A stretch of DNA of 64,000 nt from Spirochaetota bacterium (GTDB lineage Bacteria; Spirochaetota; UBA4802; UBA5550), in the NCBI GenBank assembly GCA_963664815.2, contig CAXXHB010000003.1:192001-256000 (forward strand). The letters are read 5' to 3'. Under the pieces are notes generated by a model. That model had not been told where the DNA came from. It searched no databases and saw only the letters and a list, made by a program, of their open reading frames with translations. Below, piece after piece: positions 37,401 through 48,100 of the stretch; positions within the stretch are counted from its first letter, which is position 1; each line of letters begins with the position of its first letter. A program made the position numbers and the translations under genes.

Positions 37401-38623
37401 CCGATGCCGACAGACAGACCCGCACCAGGAACAGGTGCAACAGCATGGGTTATGAATCGGTTGCTTTGATTCCTCTCAGGGCAGGTTCTGAAACTTTTGG
37501 TCTGATTCAGCTTAATGATAAAAGAAAAGGGATGTTCACAGGCGGGATAATGGAATTATTTGAACGACTCGGGGATAACATTGCCATTGCCCTGTCAGAG
37601 AAGATGATTCGCCGGAAGCTGTCAGAGAGAGTTGAACAGTACAGAACTGTGGCTGATTTTACCTATGACTGGGAATTCTGGATTGCTCCGGACGGAAGAA
37701 TGCTTTACTGTTCCCCTTCATGTGAAAGAATTACCGGATACAGGGATGATGAATTTCTTGATAATCCGAAACTTTTACGCAGCATTGTCATTGATGAGGA
37801 TCTGAAAAGCCCCTGCATAAGTGATGCTGTTGTGTTTGAATTTCCTGAAACAAATGAAATGGAATTCAGAATTATTCATAAGGATGGAAGAATAATTTGG
37901 ATAGGTCATACCTGCCGGTCGGTATATGACAGTAAAGGAAATTTTACAGGCAGACGGGGGAGCAACAGAGACATTACAGAGAGTAAAGAATCTTTTAAAA
38001 GAATAAATTCACTTCTGAAAGAGAAAGAAATTCTGTTGAGTGAGGTACACCACAGGATTAAAAATAACATGAATACAATATCAGGACTTTTAATGCTGCA
38101 GGCAGCATCGATGGACAACACTGCTGCAGTTACAGCTCTGGATGACGCACGCAGCCGCGTTCAGAGCATGATGATCATGTATGATAAACTCTACCGGTCA
38201 GAAGATTACCGAAAAATGCCGGTGAGAGAGTATTTTGAAAAATTTATTGATGAGATACTGATTATTTTTGAAAACCGGGGACTGGTCAGTATTGAAAAGG
38301 ATATTGATAATTTTGTCCTGGATACAAAGATACTGTTTCCTCTCAGCATTATTATAAACGAGCTTGTTACCAATGTATTTAAATATGCATTTCCGGACGG
38401 ACGGACTGGCTTTATCAGCCTCTCTGTCAAAAAATGCGGTAATGTGATAAAAGTTTTAATCAGGGATGACGGAGTTGGCGTTCCGGATAAAGTAACAGAA
38501 TCCCAGTCCGGAGGGTTTGGACTGAGTCTTATTTCAGCCCTTGCCGGGCAGATAGGGGGTGAGTTCAGGATAAAAAACGATAATGGAACAGTTGCGGAAG
38601 TTTTATTTAAAAATGAAGATTGA
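34448..38623 (+). CDS. REC-PocR-4xPAS-GAF-PAS-HisKA_2 histidine kinase
   Basis: N-terminal REC (LMDIDLG), PocR-like WQDICRKFHR..CIESD..YKCKN, Cys-rich GAF, EVHHRIKNNM, NELVTN, DDGVG. Confidence 0.92.
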   Translation: MSIDREKTLLLVEDEPVIAMVTAKMLKRSGYEVIIAYNGSMAADMALSDLSIDLILMDIDLGGGINGPEAARRILGKRNIPIVFLTSHSEQEIVEMVREITRYGYVIKNSGDFVLLSSIEMAFELFDSHERLKASADTLRISEEKVRSKLDSILSPEGDIGDLDLADIVDIKMLQSIIDDFHSLFEIGVAIADLKGNIVASSGWQDICRKFHRTNPETLRNCIESDNAAAVKTEAGKYYLYKCKNNIWDMTTPIEVGGKHIGNLFLGQFLFMNEEIDFNLYRSQAKRYGFNESEYIKALERVPRFNEEVIHIAMTFYIKFAGIISRLSYSNIKLAKTLAERDHFSSLHKEVETQLSNVTEHMVDLVARLDSEGFFKYASPSFKKVLGFRPEELAGTWAPEIFHPSSREKNIKEITAICKAGKGFAEFRQRCRDGTYRWFEATGVYIYNEKGQITGSVLGARDITEKKIAERRLRKKDKQYGELFERMIDGFALHEIVVDDWGNPVDYIFLEVNPAFEKYTGLNAAEITGKRVREVIPGIEFYWIETYGRVALKGEQITFENYTSPLNRWYKVTAYSPERGIFATIFEDITDRKRGEELLRERDERYKRIFESVVGYVYTVYIENKIPVRTVHGPGCEVITGYAPDDFIRDPELWYKVIYPDDRGRVILFASDIIHKGIFSPIEHRIICRDGTVQWVRNTPVPHYNENNELIEYDSVIAEITDYRNVVESLKKSEEMLWNIINSSPDFVYVKDTDLKLVMCNEAYASSLNKKAHELAGKTDAECGWSEDYVKGNIQKGIRGFEPDDLRVLNGEKITAQIGPVLIKGRTRYFETIKVPVYTEGKVAHLLGISRDITDHMAASHEKHAVIDLFRIINSSGDTHSLMKSVLYFLKKWSGCEAVGIRLREGDDYPYFETEGFPGEFIRLENNLCARDSSGSLMHDDKGDPFLECMCGNIICGRFDPSKSFFTEHGSFWSNCTTDLLSSTTDADRQTRTRNRCNSMGYESVALIPLRAGSETFGLIQLNDKRKGMFTGGIMELFERLGDNIAIALSEKMIRRKLSERVEQYRTVADFTYDWEFWIAPDGRMLYCSPSCERITGYRDDEFLDNPKLLRSIVIDEDLKSPCISDAVVFEFPETNEMEFRIIHKDGRIIWIGHTCRSVYDSKGNFTGRRGSNRDITESKESFKRINSLLKEKEILLSEVHHRIKNNMNTISGLLMLQAASMDNTAAVTALDDARSRVQSMMIMYDKLYRSEDYRKMPVREYFEKFIDEILIIFENRGLVSIEKDIDNFVLDTKILFPLSIIINELVTNVFKYAFPDGRTGFISLSVKKCGNVIKVLIRDDGVGVPDKVTESQSGGFGLSLISALAGQIGGEFRIKNDNGTVAEVLFKNED
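34630..34638 (+). repeat. G9 homopolymer near the 5' end of the kinase gene
   Basis: Nine consecutive G in the DLGGGI codons. Confidence 0.9.
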
Positions 38624-38880
38624 AAAAGCCTGAATACATATTAAATTATATGGTTCCGTTTTAACCGCCCTTTACAGCTGTATCCTGCAGAATAAATATA
38701 AAACCGGGTTTTCGGCATGTGCTGAGATCAGCCGGCATTCTTCAGTTAAACATCATTTTAACACAAATTAAAAGTAATTATAAAACGATACCTGACAATA
38801 AAAATAATCCGGTTACTTGAAAAAAATAAATAATATATTATATTAAAAAATGTATATCAGTGAAATTTTACAGGATTTTT

Positions 38881-41178
38881 ATGAGCCGGGAAGATACCGC
38901 CAGAACCATTCTCATTGTTGAAGATGAGGCTATTATATCGATTATAACAGCTAAAACGCTGCGAAGATTCGGATATGAAACTTTCACTGTAAATTCCGGA
39001 GAGAAGGCTGTTGATATGATGTCTTCAGGTGTGAATATATCTCTTATCCTTATGGATATAGATCTTGGAAGCGGAATTGACGGAACTGAGGCAGCCCGGC
39101 AGATATTATCAATGCGGGATATCCCTATTGTTTTTCATACTGCTCATTCAGAAAGGGAGATGGTAGAGAAGGTAAAGGGCATCACTCGTTACGGATATGT
39201 CATTAAAAGCTCAGGAGATTTTGTTCTTAACTCCTCCATAGAGATGGCTTTTGAGCTTTTTGAGGCAAACCGCAATATTGAAAACAGCATGAATGCGCTC
39301 AAAGAGAGCGAGGAGAAATACCGCGCCGCATTTATGACAAGTCCCGACGCTGTGAACATAAATACCATGGAGGGGAGGTATGTCGATATAAATGAAGGTT
39401 TTACAAGATTAACAGGTTTTACCAGGGATGATGTAACAGGAGTTTCTTCAAAGGAGATTGATATCTGGTCAATACCGGCTGACCGGGAGAAGCTTATAGA
39501 AGGCCTGAAAAAATCGGGGTATGTTGAAAACCTTGAAACTGTTTTTCGCTTCAAGGACGGTTCATTAAAAACAGGCCTGATGTCAGCAAGAATTATAAAG
39601 ATTAAAAATGAGCCTCATATTCTGTCAATAACCAAGGATATATCCCAGAGAAAGCAGTATGAAAAGGAGATAAATATCAAGAATGATGAACTCTCTGCTC
39701 TTAACGAAGAGCTTATGGCAACGGTTGAAGAGCTGGAGGCGACCAATGAAGAGTTTGAAGCGATAAACTCCGAGCTGACTATAACCAATGATGAGCTTCA
39801 CCGTAAAGAGGGGATTATAAAAGATGAACAGCAGTTTACTGAGAGAATATTAGACAGCCTTCCCGGAATCTTTTATGTCTATTCATATCCGGAACTAAGA
39901 TTGAAGCGATGGAACAGAAACCACGAAATTCTTCTCGGATATGAACCGGGGGAGATAAAAGACCGTCATATTACACAATGGCATATACCTGAAGCTAAAG
40001 ATGCGCTCCAGGCTGCCATTGAATCTGTAATGAAAGACGGGTATGGCATAATTGAATCCCCGCTTAAAACCAAAAGCGGCAGTTTAATACCGTTTCTTAT
40101 GACAGGAGTTAAATTTGAGGAGCGGGGGCGGACTTACCTGATGGGTGTGGGTATTGATGTTACTGAACGGAAAAAAATTGAAGAGGCGCTGAGCGAGAGC
40201 GAAGAACGGTACAGAACACTTGTCCGGATACTTCCGGATGGCGTTGTAATTCATACTGACGGCGTTATTGTTTATGCCAATGAAGCGGCTCATAGGATAG
40301 TTCACGCCGATAAGCCGGACCAGCTTATCGGCATTCATGTAATTGATTTTGTACACCCCGACTACAGGGAGATGGTGTCAAAGAGAATAAAAAACGGAAT
40401 ATCCATGAAGTTGAAGGGGGAACCGGCCGAAGAGATCTTTAAGACGTTTGATGGAACCTTCATAACAGTGAGCGTTACAGCCATCCCCTTTACATATTCC
40501 GGCAACCCGGCTATGCTTATTATATTCAATGATATTACCGGGCGCAAACAGGCTGAAGAGAAAATACATGCCTTGTTTGCTGAAAAGGAATTACTTCTGA
40601 GGGAAGTCCATCACCGCATAAAAAACAACATGAATACCATTAAGGGGCTGCTGGCTCTTCAATCATATACGCTCAAAGATTCACCGGCGGTCACAGCGCT
40701 GCAGGATGCGGAAAACCGGCTGCAGAGCATGATGGTGCTATATGACAAACTCTATCGTTCAGACGATTTCGGCGAGCTGTCAATGCAGGAATACCTCCCC
40801 TCTCTTGTGGATGAAATTGCCGATAATTTTTTAATTCATGAATATGTAAATATCGAGAAGAGGATAGATGATTTCAACGTTAATACCAAGGTACTTTTCC
40901 CTATTGGAATAATTGTAAACGAAATTATCACAAATGCGATGAAATATGCTTTCACCGGACGAAGCAGCGGATTGATCACAGTAACTGCATCCAGAGAGGG
41001 GAACCGGGCTTTTATCACTATATCGGATAACGGGATTGGCATACCGGAGCCGGTAAGTATGGAACATTCGGCTGGTTTCGGCCTGAGCCTTGTGAGTATG
41101 CTGACAGAACAGATCGGCGGTGAGCTTAAGCTGGAACGGGGGAACGGAACAAGGTTTATTCTTGAGTTTAACCTGTAG
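38881..41178 (+). CDS. REC-PAS-coiled coil-2xPAS-HisKA_2 histidine kinase
   Basis: REC paralogous to 34448, NEELMATVEELEATNEE, EVHHRIKNNM, DNGIG. Confidence 0.92.
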   Translation: MSREDTARTILIVEDEAIISIITAKTLRRFGYETFTVNSGEKAVDMMSSGVNISLILMDIDLGSGIDGTEAARQILSMRDIPIVFHTAHSEREMVEKVKGITRYGYVIKSSGDFVLNSSIEMAFELFEANRNIENSMNALKESEEKYRAAFMTSPDAVNINTMEGRYVDINEGFTRLTGFTRDDVTGVSSKEIDIWSIPADREKLIEGLKKSGYVENLETVFRFKDGSLKTGLMSARIIKIKNEPHILSITKDISQRKQYEKEINIKNDELSALNEELMATVEELEATNEEFEAINSELTITNDELHRKEGIIKDEQQFTERILDSLPGIFYVYSYPELRLKRWNRNHEILLGYEPGEIKDRHITQWHIPEAKDALQAAIESVMKDGYGIIESPLKTKSGSLIPFLMTGVKFEERGRTYLMGVGIDVTERKKIEEALSESEERYRTLVRILPDGVVIHTDGVIVYANEAAHRIVHADKPDQLIGIHVIDFVHPDYREMVSKRIKNGISMKLKGEPAEEIFKTFDGTFITVSVTAIPFTYSGNPAMLIIFNDITGRKQAEEKIHALFAEKELLLREVHHRIKNNMNTIKGLLALQSYTLKDSPAVTALQDAENRLQSMMVLYDKLYRSDDFGELSMQEYLPSLVDEIADNFLIHEYVNIEKRIDDFNVNTKVLFPIGIIVNEIITNAMKYAFTGRSSGLITVTASREGNRAFITISDNGIGIPEPVSMEHSAGFGLSLVSMLTEQIGGELKLERGNGTRFILEFNL

Positions 41179-41286
41179 CACTTCCGGAAGTATTTTTAAA
41201 ACAGAACATGCCGGTTATAATGCCGGATTTAAAAACATCAGGCAGGTAACAGAGATTATTCTTCATCATAAAAGACAGAGGTGAAA

Positions 41287-42531
41287 ATGAAAGAGAAAAG
41301 AATTTTAATAGCTGAAGATGACATCAGTACCGGAATTATGCTTTTTGAATACCTTACTTCAAAAGGTTATATTGCAGAGGTTGTTAAAGACGGCAGTGAA
41401 GCGCTTGTTAAATATAAAGAGAATCCCACACAGGTTGTTATTACTGATATTGATATGCCGGTTATGGATGGCAATGAACTGATTGGACATCTTAAATCAT
41501 TTGATATATCACCGGTAATCTTTGTAACCACAAGCCATAAAGATCCTGAAATGATAATAGATATTATGAAAAAGGGGATATATGATTACCTGCTTAAACC
41601 CCTTTACATGGGGGATCTTTTATTAAAGCTTGACCGCGCATTTGAATCGTTTGATCTGCGCAGGGCTTTTGAAATTTCAAAGCGGGAAAAGATAATACGG
41701 CTTGAGAACAGTCTTGAGTGGTACAGGTTCGAGGAAAAAATCCAGACCCGCGATATACAGTCTATGGGTAAAAATATTTTTGAAAGCCTTCTTACAAGCT
41801 TTAACCAGGGATCGGGATTCGGTGGTCTGGTCACACTTGCCGGTCTGATGAAATCAACAGCGGTTAAAGAGGGAGAATACTATAAGATTAAAGATGATCT
41901 TTTTGAAATGATAATGGGTAATGTAGTATCAGCAGAGAAGGCGCTTCAGACTTTCGGGGATATATCTAAAATAGGATCAGGGCTTCATGAACCGGAGAGA
42001 GTTTCAATAATGAATCTTTACGATATAATTTCAGAAAGGATCAAGTTGCTTAATTCGCAGATAAGTTTAAGAAATCATCATGTAGTGGTATGTGATAAAA
42101 ATGACTTCTTCAACGACCTGTTTATTGAGATAAATACCGATTATTTTATAAAGGCGTTTGAGGAGATTATTATAAATTCTTTGAAATTCTCAGCTGCAGG
42201 CTCTGATATTCTGGTTCTGTTTTTTAAACAGAATGAAATAATTTCTATATCAGTAATCAATGATCTCCCGGCAAATCAGAAAGATGGAAAAGGTGTCCCC
42301 ATCGGTTATGAAAACCTTGTACTTGAGCCATTTTTCAGACTAACAAAGGCTGTATATTCAGATTATCAGACCCTTGATTACGGACTTGGTCTTACTCTTG
42401 TTGATAAAATAGTCACAAAATACGGGGGGAAGGTTTCCATAGGTAATATTAATGATTATTCAGATTTAAAAAACGGAGCCAGAGTAAAGGTGGAATGTAC
42501 TATAACCTTTACTATAATGTCTGAGGAATAA
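41287..42531 (+). CDS. REC + atypical HATPase protein with no recognisable H-box
   Basis: REC ITDIDMP..LKP; INSLKFS, EPFFR and GLGL boxes; DHp-equivalent FESLLTSFNQGSGFG contains no His. Confidence 0.8.
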   Translation: MKEKRILIAEDDISTGIMLFEYLTSKGYIAEVVKDGSEALVKYKENPTQVVITDIDMPVMDGNELIGHLKSFDISPVIFVTTSHKDPEMIIDIMKKGIYDYLLKPLYMGDLLLKLDRAFESFDLRRAFEISKREKIIRLENSLEWYRFEEKIQTRDIQSMGKNIFESLLTSFNQGSGFGGLVTLAGLMKSTAVKEGEYYKIKDDLFEMIMGNVVSAEKALQTFGDISKIGSGLHEPERVSIMNLYDIISERIKLLNSQISLRNHHVVVCDKNDFFNDLFIEINTDYFIKAFEEIIINSLKFSAAGSDILVLFFKQNEIISISVINDLPANQKDGKGVPIGYENLVLEPFFRLTKAVYSDYQTLDYGLGLTLVDKIVTKYGGKVSIGNINDYSDLKNGARVKVECTITFTIMSEE

Positions 42532-42548
42532 TCAGAAAGGGGAAACGG

Positions 42549-45062
42549 ATGAATGAATCAATAATTATAATACTGTTGTATTTAATTATATTTATTTTCT
42601 GCCTGCTGGTAGCTGCATTATATGTTTTTATCCGTAAAAACATTTCGCTTAAGGAAGAGATAATTCTTAAAGACAGGGCATTCAGGGCGCTCTTTGCAAG
42701 AGAAATGCGATTAAGGAATATGTTTGATAACCATTCATCCATCATGTCAGTAGTTGATCCCGGAACCGGGAATATAATAACCGCAAATCCGGCTGCAGGT
42801 AAATTTTATGGATATAAAGTCGATCAGATGAAAGGTATGAAAATATCTGAAATTGTTTTACTTGATGAGGATCAAATAATGTCTTTAATGCAGCGGGCAG
42901 CCGGGCGTGAATCAGATTTTTTAATAATTCAGAACCGGCTGGCAACCGGAGATATCCGTACTGTTGAGATCCATTCATCCCCGATAATAGTTGATGAAAA
43001 ACCTCTCCTTTTTCTGATAATTCACGACATCACCGACCGCGAACTCGCCGAGAATGCGCTTCGCGAAAGTGAAACGCTGCAGAGTGTCCTGCTTGAAAAT
43101 CTTCCCGCGGGTGTGGTCATAGTTGATCCGGATACCCGTGTTTTGGAACGGGTAAATAATTATGCAGCTGAACTGTTTGGCGCTTCAATGGCTGATATAA
43201 CAGGCCATCAGTGCCACACTTTCCTCTGCCCGGCATGTGAAGGCGCCTGTCCGGTTCTTGATTTAGGTAAAACAGTTGATAACGCTGAACGGGAAATGCT
43301 CAGAGCAGATGGAGTTCTTATACCTATTCTTAAGACTATAAAAAAAATACAGATTAATGGCAGGGATAAGCTTCTGGAATGTTTTGTTGATATATCTGAG
43401 CTGAAAAAAGCTGAATCAGATGCTGAAATAATGCGTGAAAAGGCTGAAGCTGCGAACAGGGCAAAATCTGAATTTCTTGCGAGTATGAGCCATGAAATAC
43501 GTACGCCAATGAATGGTGTAATCAGCATGACAAACCTGCTTCTTGAAACTGAACTTGACAAGAAGCAGAACCATTATGCCCGTATAATCCGCTCAAGCGG
43601 TGAGGCGCTTCTTTCGCTTATCAACGATATTCTTGATTTTTCAAAAATCGAAGCTTACAAGCTTGATCTGGAAATTCTCGATTTTCATTTAACAAGGACC
43701 ATGTATGATACCGTTGAGCTGATGAGGGTAAGGGCTGAAGAGAAGGGCCTGACTCTTAAATCCAGTGTGGATCCGGGAATCCCCCAGTATTTAAGGGGTG
43801 ATCCCGGCCGGCTGAGGCAGATAGTATTGAATCTGTTAAGCAACGCTGTCAAGTTTACCGTTAAAGGGGAGATTGAACTGCAGGTAGTGATGGAAAAAGA
43901 GATAGAACAGTGGGTTCGTCTGCGTTTCAGCGTTATAGATACCGGCATAGGTATTCCCGATGATAAAAAGGAAAATATCTTTCTGCCGTTTACTCAGGCG
44001 GACAGCTCGGTTACGCGTAAATATGGGGGTACAGGGCTGGGGCTGACAATTTCAAAACAGCTTGCCGAGATGATGGGTGGAGCTATCGGTGTAACCGGTG
44101 AAGCTGGTAAGGGGTCAACATTCTGGTTCACTGCAATTTTTGAAAAACAGGGGGAAGGTCAGATTCTGCCTGCAGCAGAACCTGTAACGGATATCCGGGG
44201 ATATGCCGCAATGACGGCGAGTAAGAATGCGCATATTCTGCTGGCAGAGGATAATTATACCAACCAGATAGTCACCTCGGAAATGTTGAAACAGATGGGG
44301 TATAATAAAGTGGATATTGCCGCTGACGGACTTGAAGTACTCTCCGCACTGGAGAGTATAAACTACGATCTTGTTCTGATGGATTGTCATATGCCGGAGA
44401 TGGATGGTTTTGAAACAACACGCCGGATTCGCAGTACGGATTCGGGAGTATTAAATCACGAAATACCTGTTGTAGCAATGACTGCCCTTGCAATGAAGAG
44501 GGACAGAGACGAGGCTGCTGATTCCGGCATGAATGATTATATCTGCAAACCTGTTGAATTATATGACCTTGTGAAGATGATCGAAAAATGGCTTCCAGGG
44601 AAAGCTGATGATTTAACGAAGACTGATGGAATAAATAATACCGTAAATAATAACATGCCGGATGAAACCGGCAAACCGGAATTTTACAGGCGGGTGTTTA
44701 ACAGGGATTCATTTCTTTCCCGTTTGATGAATAATAAACAACTGGCAGAAAATATAAGCCGTGCTTTTCTTATAGATATGCCTGCCCAGATTGAAAGACT
44801 TTCTGCATTGATTGAATCGGGAGACTGCTCAGGCGCAGGGCATCAGGCTCACAGGATGAGAGGTGCATCTGCAAATGTCAGTGGTGAGGTGATGAGCGAT
44901 GTTGCCTCCAGAATGGAGGAGTATGGCTTTGCCGGAAATTTTGAAGCTTTGAAAGACCTTTTTCCCGTGTTTCTTATGGAATTTAATCTGCTGAAAGAGG
45001 CCATAAATAAAAATGTTTTATCAGGAGAACAGGCGGCAGATGAGAGTAATATTCAGCAGTGA
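42549..45062 (+). CDS. Hybrid kinase TM-2xPAS-HisKA-HATPase-REC-Hpt
   Basis: N-terminal [21 protein letters not shown], Hpt [10 protein letters not shown]. Confidence 0.93.
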   Translation: MNESIIIILLYLIIFIFCLLVAALYVFIRKNISLKEEIILKDRAFRALFAREMRLRNMFDNHSSIMSVVDPGTGNIITANPAAGKFYGYKVDQMKGMKISEIVLLDEDQIMSLMQRAAGRESDFLIIQNRLATGDIRTVEIHSSPIIVDEKPLLFLIIHDITDRELAENALRESETLQSVLLENLPAGVVIVDPDTRVLERVNNYAAELFGASMADITGHQCHTFLCPACEGACPVLDLGKTVDNAEREMLRADGVLIPILKTIKKIQINGRDKLLECFVDISELKKAESDAEIMREKAEAANRAKSEFLASMSHEIRTPMNGVISMTNLLLETELDKKQNHYARIIRSSGEALLSLINDILDFSKIEAYKLDLEILDFHLTRTMYDTVELMRVRAEEKGLTLKSSVDPGIPQYLRGDPGRLRQIVLNLLSNAVKFTVKGEIELQVVMEKEIEQWVRLRFSVIDTGIGIPDDKKENIFLPFTQADSSVTRKYGGTGLGLTISKQLAEMMGGAIGVTGEAGKGSTFWFTAIFEKQGEGQILPAAEPVTDIRGYAAMTASKNAHILLAEDNYTNQIVTSEMLKQMGYNKVDIAADGLEVLSALESINYDLVLMDCHMPEMDGFETTRRIRSTDSGVLNHEIPVVAMTALAMKRDRDEAADSGMNDYICKPVELYDLVKMIEKWLPGKADDLTKTDGINNTVNNNMPDETGKPEFYRRVFNRDSFLSRLMNNKQLAENISRAFLIDMPAQIERLSALIESGDCSGAGHQAHRMRGASANVSGEVMSDVASRMEEYGFAGNFEALKDLFPVFLMEFNLLKEAINKNVLSGEQAADESNIQQ

Positions 45063-45121
45063 GGAGTTAATCTCCCGCCATGTTAATGATACGGCAATTG
45101 CCGGGTCAAGGAGATGTCTGT

Positions 45122-48100
45122 ATGGCAAATGATAATAAAAAAACGCTGCTCCTTGTGGAGGATGAAGCTATTATTGCTCTGGCTCAGAAGATGTCACTGG
45201 AGAAATACGGTTATGCTGTTATCACAGCGAATTCAGGCGAGAAGGCATTTGATATATTTAAATCCAGTAACATTGATCTTGTTCTTATGGACATTGATCT
45301 TGGCAGAGGCATCGACGGGACTGAAACAGCAAAAATGATACTAAGGGAATGTCAGGTTCCGATAGTGTTTTTATCAAGTCATACAGAACCATATATTGTG
45401 GAGAAAACAGAAAAAATTACATCGTACGGCTACATTGTAAAAAACTCCGGGATAACGGTTCTTGACGCATCGATCAAGATGGCATTTAAACTTTTTGATG
45501 CGAACAGGCAGCTCCTTGAAAGTGAAATAAAACAAAAAGCGATGATAGCCAATATATCTGATGTTATCTCAGTAATAGCAAAAGACGGCACTTTAAAATA
45601 TAACAGCCCCAATATTGAAAAATGGTTCGGCTGGCATCCTGACAAGATTCAGGGATGTAACGGATGGGCTGTGGTTCATCCGGAAGACCTGGATCGCATC
45701 CATGAACTGTTTTCAAAGATTACCGAAAAGGATAATTTTACGCAGACATCTGAATTCAGGTATAAATGCAGTGACGGAAGTTATAAACCGGTAGAGTTTA
45801 CCGCTATCAATCTTGCAGATGATCCGGTTATAGGCGGAGTGCTGGTGAATTATCATGATATCACAGAACGCAGAAAGGCCGGGGAGGCATTACGAGAGAG
45901 TGAAGAGCGTTTCCGGAAAATATTTGATGAGGGGCATTCCGGTATAGTAATTGTTAATAAAAATTTTAATTTTGAAACCGTAAACAGGGCATTCTGCACT
46001 TTTACAGGATATTCATCTTCAGAGCTTGCAACAATGACTTTCAAAGATATTACACACCCTGATCATGTTAAACAGGATTCTGAGAATATAATAAAACTGA
46101 TGAATGGTGAGATAGCGTTTTATCAGACTGAAAAAAGATACATCAGGAAGAATGGCGAAGTTTTATGGGGGGACCTTGTAGTATCGGCAATCCATAACAA
46201 TGAAGGGGAGTTTTTATACTTTCTTTCAATAGTTGAAGACATTTCCGAACGGAAACTCGCTGAGAGCATTTTAAAAGAAAGCGAAAGTTTAAAGTCTGAA
46301 CTGTTTGAGAAGCTGAATACGGCCCAGAAAATCGCACAGATAGGAAGCTGGGAATGGGATTTAAAAACAGATAAAGTCTGGTGGTCGGATGAGAGCTACC
46401 GGATTTTCGGCGTAACAAAGGGGGAGTACACGCCAAGCTTTGAAGGTAACGGGAAGTTCATTCATCCCGATGATATTGAGCAATACGGGGTACAGTTTGA
46501 TAACTGTTTTAAATACGGCACGCCGCTTGATTACGAGTTCAGGCTTTTAGCGGGGGATGGTTTGATGAAATACTGCAATGCCAGGGGGGAGATAGTTTAT
46601 GACAATAACGGAAATCCTGTCCGTTTTAACGGTACAGTGCATGATATAACCATGCGCAGACTGGCAGAAGATGAGATTAAAACGAAGAAAGAAGAACTTG
46701 AGGCATTGAATGAGGAGCTTAATGCAACTCTCGAAGAGATGGAAGCGTCAAATGATGAACTTATCGAGTCAAACCGTGTTCTTATTGAAATGGACAGTAA
46801 ACTGGCTGATGCAATGGCGGTTCTTCGCAATAATGAGCTTCATCTGCGTACGCTGCTGCGGACTATCCCCGACCTGGTCTGGTTAAAGGATAAAGACGGA
46901 AGATATCTGCTGTGCAACGCTGTGTTTGAACGTTTTTTCGGCGCAAAGGAACAGGATATAGCCGGGAAAACTGATTATGATTTTATGAGCAGCGAACTCG
47001 CAGAATTTTTTCTTGAAAATGACCGCAAGGCAATAGAGGGGGGAAAGCCGACAGCCAATGAGGAGTGGGTCACCTTTGCAGATGATAATCACCGCGCCAT
47101 GCTGGAAACAATTAAAACACCGGTGTATGATGAAAACAGAAATCTTTTAGGAGTGCTTGGCATAGGCCGTGATATTACCGATCGGAAACGCATTGAGGAG
47201 GAACTGAATTATAACCGCAATCTGCTGAAGACAGTTTTTGACAGCGCTTCCGAGGCTATATATGCCAAGGATATTAAAGGGCAATACCATGTTGTCAATA
47301 ATGCCTGTTTACAGCTGTTAGGCTTTACCTCTTCAGAAATTCTCGGGCGGAGAGACATAGATATACTCCCTGCTGATCTGGCTGACGAATTCATAAAGAC
47401 TGATGAAGCTGTTATAAAAAACGGGCAGGTTGAGGAGCGTGAGGAATCGGGAATAATACAGGGGAGGATGTGCACATTTCTTTCACATAAAGCCCCATGG
47501 AGGGACAGTTCAGGAAACATTATAGGGATAATAGGTGTGTCAACAGACATCACAGACAGGAAGAAAGCTGAAACTGAACTGAAGGAAAAAAGTGAAAAGC
47601 TTGAATCGCTTAACGAAGAGCTTAACGCAACATTAGAAGAGCTGGAATCTTTAAATGGAGATCTTGCCGGAAATTATGAGGAACTTCAGGGGAAAGAGAG
47701 AGCACTTCTTGATGAAAAAATATTTACTGAAGCCCTTTTTGAAAGCATACCGGGTCATCTGTATGTTTATGATGAAAATCTGCAGCTTATCAGGTGGAAC
47801 AGAAAACATGAAACTGTGACCGGATATTCAGCAGAAGAACTGTCACATATGCATATCTCCCGTTTTTTTGAGGGTGATGATATTGCAAGAGTGGAGAAGA
47901 CTGCTAATGAAGTTTTCACAACGGGTTATGGGGAGATTGAAGCTCATATTGTATTAAAAAACGGCGGAAAGATACTTGTGCATTTATCAGGCGTGCGGAT
48001 GTTGCTTGAAGGAAAAATATACCTTACCGGAGTTGGAATAGATATAACAGAAAGTAAACGTATAGAAAATGAACTCAGGGAGAGTGAAAAAAAATACCGC

